64,000 bases of DNA from the human T2T-CHM13v2.0 reference genome, Homo sapiens, in assembly GCF_009914755.1 (NCBI RefSeq), contig NC_060941.1; one strand, written 5' to 3'. The position numbers and the translations under genes are program-made. The notes beneath the pieces are model-generated. The model was not told where the DNA came from. It made no database searches and saw only the letters and a list, made by a program, of their open reading frames with translations. Within the stretch, counting starts at the first letter, position 1; each line of letters opens with the position of its first letter. Shown piece by piece: positions 1-10,378 of this stretch.

Positions 1-2009
1 AATCCTAGTTCCCAATCCCTTAACTTCCCCCAGGGACCTGGTTCTGTGCTGAGGCCCCTCAACGCAGTCAGACCCAGGTTCTACCCTCAGGAGACCCTTG
101 GCCTGGTGGACTCAGAAAGACCGGCTGCACCCAGCATGGTCTGATCCAGGACAGAGGGAAGCACAAGGGGTGGGGCTTGGAAAGGGGTGTTGAAGGATGC
201 ATAGGAGTTTGAGGGAGAATGGGGAAGAGAGGGCCTTGGGTAGTGTCTGGCATGCAGCTTCCTCTGAGCGCCATCGACGAAGAGGTGCTCCCATCTGCCC
301 AGCGTGCTGCACGTCCTCGGCCAAGTCCCCTCCCTTTCTGAGCTGTGTGCTTCTGTCTCGCCATCCATCTGCTGTCCTTGCCTCCCTTTCCCCCACCTCC
401 CTGGCACACTCACTTCAGCCCCGCTGCCCTCCCCTGGCCTCAGCCTCAAGGCCTTTGTGGCTACAGTTCCCACTTCAAGGAGTTCCCTCTTCCCTCATTC
501 TGTTCTCACTAGCTCTCCAGATGTCACCTACTCAGGCAGTCTTCCCTGACCTCTGGAATAGTCTCCACCCATCTCTGGATTTACTCAAGTTCTTTTTTTT
601 TCCTCAGCCTGTTTTTTTTGGTCTGTCTTGCCCCAGCAGCATGTGGGCCCCCAGGCATGATGTCAGCGCATAGTAGAGGCTGGGCAGACGCCGCTGAGCG
701 TGTGAGTCAATGCTGAGTGTGGTTCTGGCAGCAGTGCCAGGCCGTGGTGCGCTCACAGATCTGAAGTGTAAATGGGGCCTGAGCGATAGGCTTTCTGGAA
801 GGCCTACTCTATTTTCCTGGACTCCACATCTCTGAGGTCAGCCTTCTGCCCATGGTAGGGTGAACCCCAGAGCCCTTAGAGTCTGTCAGGCCCTCCCAGG
901 GAAACTTCTGTACCTGAAATAAGGCCAAATTTACAAAATAAAAGAAGGAAGCTAAGAAAGCAACTGTAACGTGCTCCCCTACAGAGAGCAGACAGGTTAT
1001 GGGGGGCTGAGGCCCTAATCCTGGCTGGCCCTTTGTGAAGAAATAAATGCACCCCTCAAGCTGGGGACTTCCTTGCTGGGAGCAAGGCAGGCCTGGAGGG
1101 CTCACTGAGGGGTTGGTGGCTGGATTACAGAGGGACTGAGGCAGGACACCTGGGTGCTAGGCCCAGCTCTGGCTCAGACTGGTGACCTTGGGCATGGCTC
1201 CTCTCTGCACCTCATTTCCTCCTCTCAAAGAAGCTTGGGCCACCCCACCTGGGACTTCTGTGATGCAGCGAGCAGAAGCCAAGTACTGGGTCCTAGGGGC
1301 TCAAGAAACATGCTAGGAGTACTCACGGAGGAGCAAGGGACTTGGGGAAATCATGGAAGACTTCATGAAGGAGGCATCCTTTGAGCTTGGAGGATGCATT
1401 GCATTCTGAGAGGCAGAGAAAGGCATTTCATGGTGAGGGGCCAGCTCCGGCTGAGGCTCTGAGTTGTGGGACATTCCAGAGACATTGGAAGCCCAACCCT
1501 AGCTCTCTGCTCATTCCTACTGTGTCCTTTTTTCTTATTGATTCATAAGAACTCTTTATATATTAAGCACATGGGTCCTTTTTAAACAAACACATTATTT
1601 TTCTTTTATTTTACTTATGATTGGTTTTGACATCATACATATTTTTATGTTGGCAAATTTCCCAGCCTTTCCTTTGGTGGTCTTTCTGGTCCCAGGATGC
1701 TTCTTGTGTCCTTACCTTGGGTCCTTGCTCTCCTGTGCACATGCTGGCTGCTCAGGACGTGTCTGAGACTCCAATTAAGTTGAAGCTGGAAAATTTACAG
1801 CTGTATGAAAATCAGAAGCCAGGGTGCCTTTGCTGACCTGTGCCTCCCGCTGGGTTTCCTGCCCATCATTCCTTCTTGCCTGGAGTGGGGTCCAGCTGAG
1901 ACCCTAAAGGGGCCTGTGACTCTCTGCAGGGTGAGGCAGAGGCTCATAGCTGTGATGAAGGGAGAGGGTGGGGGGACAGGGAGTTCCCAGCTGGCCAGTC
2001 ACCATGTGT

Positions 2010-2160
2010 TCACTCATGGAAACTCCATTGCAACCTCATGAGATAGGTGCTATGATTAGTTCCATTTTATAGGTGAGAAAACTGCGGTTCAGAGAGGTTA
2101 TGTGGCTAGCCCAAGGCCACACAAGAAGGGATGGAGACAGGATTTGAATTCATGCCTTGT
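2010..2160 (-). mobile_element. MIR SINE
   Basis: ccattttataggtgagaaaactgcggttcagagaggtta...cccaaggccacac...ggatttgaattc is the reverse complement of the MIR core. Confidence 0.75.
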
Positions 2161-3121
2161 TGCCCCAGAACTCTTATAGTTTCAAGCTCTCTTATGGCCC
2201 TTGGGCTCCCCATTGCCTTTGGGATCAAGTCTAGGCTCATTAATATGACATCTGAGGCCCCCTGGGGTGATGCCTCAGCCTCTGTGCCTGCACACGCTGA
2301 GCTTCCCTGATATGATGGTGTCAAGGCTGTGCCCATCTCGTCACACCTTCCCCACAAACCCCGAATAGTTTAGATCCTGGAATGGAGGGCTGGCAGGGCT
2401 TCTGTGGAGTAGCTGGGCCAGCCCCCTGGTTTGCACACAGTCAGGGTGGGTCTTGCCCAAGGCCCAGTGCCTGGAGAGTGAAGCTGGAATCTGCACCAAG
2501 ACTGCAGGACTCTGGTGCTCTTAGCTGTGTCACTGTGCTATGGTTAGTCTCAGGCGGGGTTGTCACCCCTGCTGCTCGCTGCTGCCTCCCCACTGGCAGA
2601 TACTCCTCTAGGAAGCACCCCTCCTGCCACTGGGTTAGACACCTCCCCTGGGCTCCAGAGGGCCCAGCGACTTATGACTGCTGACTTCTCACCGTCTGCC
2701 CTGTGAGGCAGGGTGCCCCATGAAGGCAGGCGCCCAATGCTTCCTCTTCAAGTCCTCGGTGCCCAGTGAGGACTTGAAGAGGGAGACCCAGAGAGGGACA
2801 GAGCCCTGCTCCAGGTCACACAGCAAGTTGGGGCAGAGCCAGGAGTCCTAGAAGGGCCCCAAGACCCTCCAGGTCTCCCCTGTTCGTGGGACTTAATGGA
2901 GCCCAGGGATGGGGCAGTGTCTGTGATGGCCACCCCAGCAGAGGGCACTACTGCAGGGCCTCTGTTCTCTGCTTCTCCCAGGGGCCTGGGGCCAAGGACA
3001 CCCTCTGTCCCTCCTGCCCCCACCCTCTGTGAAGAAGGATGTTCTCAAGATAAAAATACCGTCAGAAACATTCCCTGGTGTTTGGTGTGACTGTCGTCCA
3101 CCCTGTGGGGCCAGAATCTTC

Positions 3122-3137
3122 TGACCTGGCCTCACCT
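3122..3137 (-). promoter_or_regulatory. DR4 thyroid hormone response element upstream of KCNJ18 exon 1
   Basis: + strand TGACCT-ggcc-TCACCT equals AGGTGA-N4-AGGTCA on the - strand, a canonical TR/RXR DR4. It lies ~265 nt upstream of the inferred first exon, as recalled for the KCNJ18 promoter TRE. Confidence 0.8.
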
Positions 3138-3386
3138 CAGGGCTTAAGGGTGGACATTTGCCTTTTCTAGCCGCTTGGTGCAGCCTCTTTCTGGGGTCCA
3201 TATGTCCAGCCCCCATCTTTACGCCACAGAATGTGAGGGGTCAGTGTCACTCAAGGTTCCTGCAGCTTCCACTTTCTGAGCATCCTCTGTGGGCTGGGCG
3301 CATCCCGAGCATGGAACAGCGAGGCAGATCCTGCCCTTGTGCGTTTTGTGGCTCCTTGCGGGCCAGGGGGGCTTCTGAGGACATCC

Positions 3387-3578
3387 AGCAGGCCACAGGG
3401 AGGCTTGGGCACAGTCAGCTTTCCGTCCTGTTGGGAAGCCTGTTTCTGCTTTCAGTGCCTACGTGGTGTCAGGAACGCCGGTCACAGTGAACGCCTGCAG
3501 GACCCACACTGCTGCATCGTCTCTGTGGGACAGATACTGAAGCCAGGGCTTGGCTTACCCTCGTGACAGTCTCCCGAG
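3387..3578 (+). other. KCNJ18: Probable KCNJ18 non-coding exon 1 (5' boundary approximate)
   Basis: Ends in donor GAG|GTGTGT at 3578/3579, has no ATG, and lies just downstream of the DR4. The start position is inferred from recalled gene structure and is not directly visible. Confidence 0.55.
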
Positions 3579-4864
3579 GTGTGTGGGGTCTCCTCATTTT
3601 GCAGATGGGGAGTTTCAGGCCCCAGTCAGCTGGGGGGCTGCCAGGCCTCTCCAGGGAGGGTGACGGCTGCCACCTCCCAGAGACCCGCTGGGGCGAGGCC
3701 CAGTGCCCGGACTGCAGCTTCGTCACCACCTTCAATTTCATGGCACACCCTCTGAGAGGCCTGGCAGGCGACACCAGCCTCATTTTTCAGGGGAAGCTGA
3801 GCCTCAGGAAGGGGAAGTGCCTTGCCCTGTTCCGTGGGGGATTTCAGCCCCATCCTCAGCCCAGGCCCTGCCCTCCCCTGCGGGACGCTGTGGGCCAGCC
3901 CGGCCTGTTGGCCCTCAGTCGTGGTCATGGGGAAGCACTGCCCCTGCAGCCCACCTCCCCATCCAGGATTGTGACCATAACCCCGGGAAGCATTTGTGGG
4001 ACTTGGCGGGGTGAGCTCACATGGCGGCTGCTGTGGCCCCTGCAGGTGGCGGGAGCTCTGGCCAGGGCATCCGGAAGGCTGGCTCCTGTTTGCAGGGTGC
4101 TGCCCTGCCCTGTGACTTCAGGAAATTCGCTTCTCTGCTCTACGTCTCAGTACCCCTGTGTAGAGTAGAGCTAATTTTGCCTTCCTCCTAGATAAAAACA
4201 AATCCAGCTGGATTTGTGGTCTGGGGAATGCCCCTTTCAGGTAGTAGGGAGTGAGGGACGAGGTTGGGAGAGCCTGGTGCAAGCCAGGTGACCAGCAGGA
4301 TGTGGATAGATGCTGCTGCCCACACTTCTGGCCCCCACCCCTGCTTGGCTCCCCATGGCCCTGTGGCAATATCCGACCTTCGCTGCTCAGAGTTCCAGCT
4401 CCAGGTGACTGTGCAGGTGACTTAGCTTCTCTCAGCCTCAGTTTTCCTATCTGTCCAGAGGGGAGAATTGTCCCTCCTCCAAGGCAGGGCTGTGAGCATC
4501 GGGATGACTGCAGCCAGCTGCCAAGCATGCAGGGCCAAGCACAGTGTTGGCTCACTCGGGGAAGGGGGTGGACCCAAGTCCCTGCCGTGGAGGTCCCCAG
4601 CTGTTTGATGTTGGCTTGTGACAGAACCTCTCTGAAACTCTGCAGCTCATCCACCTGTCCATCCATCCACCCGTCCATCCATCCACCCATCCATCTCTGA
4701 ACCTCTGTGTCCCCATCAGTTTTGAGGATGGAATGGCTGAGAGAGGCAAAGTGTAGGCCTGTGGCTTCTGCTCCCAGAATGATGAGGGATGGGGAAGAAG
4801 GGGCTGGGGATTGGGGGACTTGGAGGGTGAAGAGGGACTGAAGGGCCACTAGAGACCAGGCAGG

Positions 4865-4960
4865 CCATCCCATTTCAGAACAAGCTGAGAGAGGGGAAGT
4901 GACTCACTCAAGGTCACACAGCTTATGAGGGGCAGAGCTGGGATTTGAATCTAGGTCTGT
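4865..4960 (-). mobile_element. MIR fragment
   Basis: aagtgactcactcaaggtcacacagc...gcagagctgggatttgaatctaggtctg. Confidence 0.65.
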
Positions 4961-5344
4961 GTGCCTGTAAACCACTGTCACCTGTCCCAGGAGGCTGATG
5001 ATGTGGGGGTGACTCACCAACAGTTGCCTTAATTCCAGCCAGAAAAACCAGTGTGACAAACCAGCCTCGGCTGTAACCTTGGAAAGGGCAGGCCCCATGA
5101 ACTCCATGGCTGGGAGGTGCGGAGGTGAGAAGCATGTCAGGTGGCTCACCGTGGAGATCCTCAGAGCCCCTTCCCACCAACCTCTTCTCTGATTCTCACG
5201 GCACACTGGATAGGAAGGCAGGGGGATCCCTTTGACAGGTGGGGAAATTGCATCTTTGGGATTGCAGGGACCATGTAGGATGTATGTGTACCCAAGGCAA
5301 ATCTCTGGCAAATTACTGATGTGTGCCCATCCATGTAGTTAGCC

Positions 5345-6370
5345 ATGTGCCCACCTGCTCATCCATCTAGTCATCTATCCTACTTGCCCAAACACCCTAT
5401 CCATCCATCTACCCACTCATCACCCACCCTCACACTCATCCACCCATCCATCTATCCATCTACCCACCCATCCATCCACCCATCCACCCATCCATCTATC
5501 CATCTACCCACCCATCCACCCACCCATCCATTCACCCATCTGTCCATCCATCCACCCTTCCATCCCTCTATCCATTCATTTCTTTACCCACCCATACACT
5601 CATCCACCTGTCCATCTATCCACCCATCCACTCATCCACTCATTCACTCCACCCATCCATCACCCAACATTCCATCCATCCATCCATCCATGCACCCGTC
5701 ACCCATTCATCCATTAATCTGTTCATCCACCCACTCAACCATATACCCACCCATCCACCCAGCCATCCCTCTATCCATTCACTTCTTCACTCACCCATCC
5801 ACTCATTCACTCACCCATCCATCCACCCAATCATCTGCCCATCCATCCATCCCATTCGTCTATCCATCCATCCACCCACCCATTACCCATCCATCCACCC
5901 ATCCATCCATCCATCCACCCATTCACCCATCTATCCCTCCATTCATTCATCTACCCATCCGCTCAGTCACCCACCCATCTACCCTTCTGTTCATCCATCC
6001 ATCCAATCATCTACTTTCACACTTATCCATCCATCTATCCAACCATCCATCCATCCATCCATTCATCCATCCATCCATCCATCCATCTTTCCATCCTATT
6101 ATCCATTCATCCACTCATCCATTCACCCATTCATCCACTCATCCATCCTTCCTCCATACAGCCATCCACCCTCACACCCAACCACTCATTCACCCATCCA
6201 TCCATCCACCCACCCATGTATTCATTCATCCATATACCCACTCATCCATTTATCCATCCACCTACCCATTCATCCCTGCATTCATTTTTCCACCCACCTA
6301 TCCATCATCCATCCATCCTTCCATCCATCCATCCATCCATCCATCCATCTACCCATTCATTCATCCACCC
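5345..6370 (+). repeat. ~1 kb degenerate (CCAT/CCAC/TCAT)n simple repeat in intron 1
   Basis: Directly visible tetranucleotide tract that is almost G-free on the + strand. Confidence 0.95.
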
Positions 6371-6499
6371 CCCCAGCTATTCACAACTGGCTCCAAGGTT
6401 GGCGTTGGGAAGGCTCTGCAGGTGGTGGCTGGGAGTACAGGCTGAGGGCCTGAATTCCTTTGTGACAGTGGGAGAATTACCACATTAACTACTTCTCTG

Positions 6500-6610
6500 G
6501 AATAGTAACAACAATAGTTCCAACCTTGTGGAATTGTGAGGATTATGTGAGATGATGTATGTAAAATGCCTACTATAGTGTCTGGCATGCAATAGGCACT
6601 CAATAATTGT
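6500..6610 (+). mobile_element. MIR 3' part
   Basis: ttgtgaggattatgtgagatgatgtatgtaaaatgcctactatagtgtctggcatgcaataggcactcaataa. Confidence 0.7.
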
Positions 6611-6846
6611 CAGCGGTCATTTTTCTCTGACACTCCATCTTGTTCTGCTCTTCTCTGGTTCTGGATGGTTGCTATGCTGTGAAGGTGTGGGGCATCAAAG
6701 GTGCAGGCCAGAGGCCCTTCCATCTCCTGTGGGGCCCTGGGGAAGTGAGCAGAAATGTGGGTTCATGTGGTTATGTCTTACTTCTGTGCCCCTCTGAGAA
6801 GAGCAGCACCGCCTGCAGTAACTTGGCTTTACTCTTTTAACTTTAG

Positions 6847-6968
6847 GATGTTCTAGTGACTGGATCCTTTCCAGCTGGTGCCTGGGAAATGGCAGCCACT
6901 ACTAATTCAGCCTTGAAGACAGTACCGTGCCTACTCAGCACCATTACGTAGAAGACAGAACTCAAGAG
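6847..6968 (+). other. KCNJ18: Non-coding exon 2 (122 nt) of KCNJ18
   Basis: Strong acceptor ttggctttactcttttaactttag|G and donor GAG|GTAAGA. Its 122 nt plus the 56 nt of exon-3 UTR match the recalled c.-178..-57 layout of KCNJ12/18. Confidence 0.8.
6889..6951 (+). other. Upstream ORF (20 aa, MAATTNSALKTVPCLLSTIT) in exon 2; a minimal ATG-TTC-TAG uORF also lies at 6848-6856
   Basis: gggaaATGg has G at -3 and G at +4 and is open to TAG at 6949-6951, wholly within exon 2. Translation is not demonstrated. Confidence 0.6.
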
Positions 6969-7009
6969 GTAAGAGTGAAGTCATTGACATGCTCTTGTGC
7001 ATCTAGGCA

Positions 7010-7365
7010 TTCCTTCCACCAGACTCTCATCTGTACATCCTTCACCCCTCCACCCACCATGCCATCCTTTCATCACCCATTCCCCCACCCATTTATCTGC
7101 TCAGCCTTCCATCCACCCACCCATGCCTCCACCCCTCCATCCATCCCCTCGCCCATGCCATCCGTTCCTCACCCATTCCCCCACCCATTCATCTGCTCAA
7201 CCATCCATCCACCCATCCTTCCACCCACCTAGCCAGTCCATCTATCTGCTCACCCCTATCATCCACCCACCCATCTGTCAACCCGATTTATCCACCCATC
7301 TGCCTGACCACCCACATGTTGATTCAATCACTCTTCCACCCATCTCCTCATCCATCCCATTCAGC
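7010..7365 (+). repeat. Degenerate (CCAT)n tract at the start of intron 2, with an internal 96-bp-period duplication
   Basis: Visible CCAT/CCAC repeats. The unit ccatgccatcc..tcacccattcccccacccatt.atctgctca starts at both 7057 and 7153. Confidence 0.85.
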
Positions 7366-7719
7366 TGCTTAGTCCTTCACCCTTCATCTGGCTGGGATGC
7401 ATTTCCTGGGTGCCCCTCTTTGCTAGTACCTGCATCAGCCTCTCTAGACCTCTGAGCTTGGTCAGAGATGGGGCCTGGGCAAGATCAACTCTCACACAAG
7501 GTGGGAAGTAGCTTCTGGCCTGAATGGGAAAAGCCCAGTGCTAGAGGATCCTAAAGGGGGCCAGGGGAGGAGGAGGAGGTGGAGGAGGCGGAGGAGAAGG
7601 CAGCTCAGTATTGTGGGGCAGAAGGTGGAGGAGGAAGAGCAGGAGGAGACTTGGTGTACAGCATCCAGGAGGGGAGGCCAGGGTTCAAGAGCCTTTGCTG
7701 TGGAGAGGCTACTGGAGAC

Positions 7720-8090
7720 CCTATGAGGAAGGCCCAGGAGACAAAGGTTCCAGCGCAAGTAGTTTCCTGGGAGGTGATCCCAGGAAATAAGGAAATGAGG
7801 TGAGAAAGAGAAGGAAGTGATAAAGGGCATGTCGTTGATACAGTTACTGCTGGGGCACTGGAGCTGACTCCCGCTGGGGAGGCCAGGGAAGCAGTGCCCC
7901 TCCCAGGGGCAGCTTGCTGGGGCCCAGCCACCTGCTCCCATCAGTCACTGACTGAAAGCTGTCCTGGCAGCATCAGCTCCTCAGCCTGCCCTCTGAATGG
8001 CAGAGCATGTCCACGGCTAGAGAGAGTTTTTGGGCAGAGAGACACTGGTTCGTGTAGGAATTGAGACAGGTGGGCCTGAGGTGGTAAGGG
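7720..8090 (-). mobile_element. Old ERVL-type LTR (LTR33-like)
   Basis: gagacaaaggttccagcgcaagtagtttcctgggaggtgatcccaggaa resembles the recalled LTR33 consensus. Confidence 0.5.
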
Positions 8091-9119
8091 CCTAGGATAT
8101 CAGTGGGGCACCCACCACCCCATGCCCTGCACACAGTGATGTGTTGCTGCTGCCTCTCTCCTCGGGCCTAGCCTGCATTTGGCATAGGAAGCCATCATGG
8201 CATTGGACCCAAATGTTTGAGGGCCATGGGTTAGCTTGGTGGACAGAGGCCAGGTGAGTCTCTGGTGGGGAAGTTTGGCCTGGAAAGGGGATTGGGCGTA
8301 AGAGGTCATCATCTTCTTCCCAGATTATGAGACATAGGAATGCCACCCACCACTCTCCCTCTCCCCTCCACACCAGCCTGGGTTCTCCCCCATCCAGCCA
8401 AGCTTCCTCACTGCCCCAGGGTGCCCAGCACGTCTTTGCCTCCCACTCCTGGCTCTGGCAGTGTCCCCCAGCAGTGCCCCTCCTGGCTGCCTGTGCCCAG
8501 CCTAGCCTTGATGTGGTCCTACACCCAGGGCAGGGCCTGGCATGAGGGAGAGCCCCTAACCCTGCAGCCAGCCCTGCCTCTCACACCCTATGTGATGGAG
8601 CAAGGGCACCACTGGCTCAGAGCCTCAGTCTCCCCATCTGCAAAGGAAGGGCTGGGCTTTCCAGGCCCCAGTGCTGCATCTGATGAATGGTGCCTGGATT
8701 AGGAAAGATTCTGAGCTGCTCTGGATGCAGTGGATGAAGCTCTGTGGCTGAGGAATGGTGCTTGCCTGGGCGAGGCTGGAGCAGGCACCTTGGGCGGGGA
8801 GGCGTGTGCCAGCCTTCCCTGCATTGAGTGATCTCCAAGGGGTCTTCCAATGGTAAGGCTTGATCATGAGGTAGAGTGCCCCATCTCCGAATGAGGGTGA
8901 GTGGCTGTGGGTTGGAGTGCTGGTGAGGGCCCTTGAACCTGTTCTTTTGAGTGCCGATTTGTGGCAGTCTACATCTCATCACCACCTGGGATTGCAGGGG
9001 CTTGGGACCAAAAGGATTGCAGTGCCACGCACACAGTCAGGCCTCAGGTCTTGGTGTTGTGGGGCACTGGTTTCACCCCTACAGCCCAGCCTGGAAGCTT
9101 CACTCCTGAAAGGCTGTGT

Positions 9120-9270
9120 AACCATCACAGTGACTCAATCTTCCTAGGCTTCCGTCTGCTCATCTGGAAAATGGGGATAATAATCACAGTGTGATGGAAG
9201 GGATTAAATGAATCAGTTTATTAAAGCTCTTAGAAGAGCACGTGGCAGGTAGTAAGCACTTGATAGATAC
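9120..9270 (+). mobile_element. MIR SINE
   Basis: ctcatctggaaaatggggataataatc...ggattaaatga...gtggcaggtagtaagcacttgata. Confidence 0.7.
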
Positions 9271-10338
9271 TGAGTGCTGTGTTCGTGCCTCATGAGGCGC
9301 CCTAGCTAGCTGAACAGTCTCTGCATGAGGGATGGGGGCTGTTGGCGCCTCCCCCTCCGAGTCCCTATGTCTTACCCTGGGTGATGCAGGCGCCTGCACT
9401 CTCCCTTCCAGTCAGTGCTTTCTTGGTGTCTGGGAATGTGGGTCCAGGCCTTGCCCTGGGCTCCTCCCAGATGTCACCGAAACCTGAGAAGCCCAGGGCC
9501 TCAGGGCAGTGGGCATGGGGCATCCAGTTCCATCCGGAAGCACCTCCCGGTGACTCCTGGACCCCACCCTTAGGTCACGTGGCAGCTGCCGTCTGGCATC
9601 CTCTCTAAAAGCTCCCAGCCCAGGCCCTGGTCTGTTCTTCAAGTGGACTGGTCGCTGGGAGGCTGCGTCTGTAGGCACTGTGGCCAGCAGGAAAGCAGGG
9701 ATCTCCGGGGGTCTGCCGGGCCCGCGCTCTCTCCCCACTGCCTGCTCTCTCCCTCCTGGGTTTGCTTCACTGCCCCTTGGTGTTGAAACCGCCTTGTCTA
9801 GCTCAGGTAGTGTACCCCAGCGCCCCTCTCCCATTCCCCTCCCGGCGACCCTGGGACCCTGGCAGGCCAACCCCGGTGTCTGTGGAAAACGGTCCTAACT
9901 TTAGTAGTGAGCACCTTGTCTTGGCCCTGGAATTGCTTTGTGACCTGGGACAAGTCTCTTTTTCTTTTTGGACTTGGTTCTCCCATCTGTGAAATGGGGA
10001 GCCAGCCTTCTTGCTTGCTAAGGCCTCTTCCAGCAAAACAGTTTCTCTGATTTCATGTCTTGTCTGATTTCACTGTATGCACCCCATTGAGCAAGAGCCA
10101 AAAAGGCCTGTGTGTCCCTGGTGGAGGATATTGTCCTATATTTCTTAAATTGCGACCTTGAAGGCCGCATGTTTGTGTAACTTCTTGCCACACCTGTGTT
10201 TACGCAGGAGTGTTCTTGGGACATTGTCTAGCTTGTGGTGCTAGGGTTTCTATGCCAGGGTCCCCTTCTGGGTCTGTCTTTGTGGTGCTGTATTCACCAA
10301 GTGCCCAGTGAGGGGGCTCCCAGCACCCCTGGGGAGGG

Positions 10339-10371
<33 letters not shown>

Positions 10372-10378
10372 CACACAC
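10339..10378. repeat. (TC)n(CA)n compound microsatellite
   Basis: Directly visible. Confidence 0.9.

Noticed and set aside
5345-6445. 366-aa His/Pro/Ser-rich ORF
   Set aside because: Translation of the (CCAT)n simple repeat, which is poor in stop codons.
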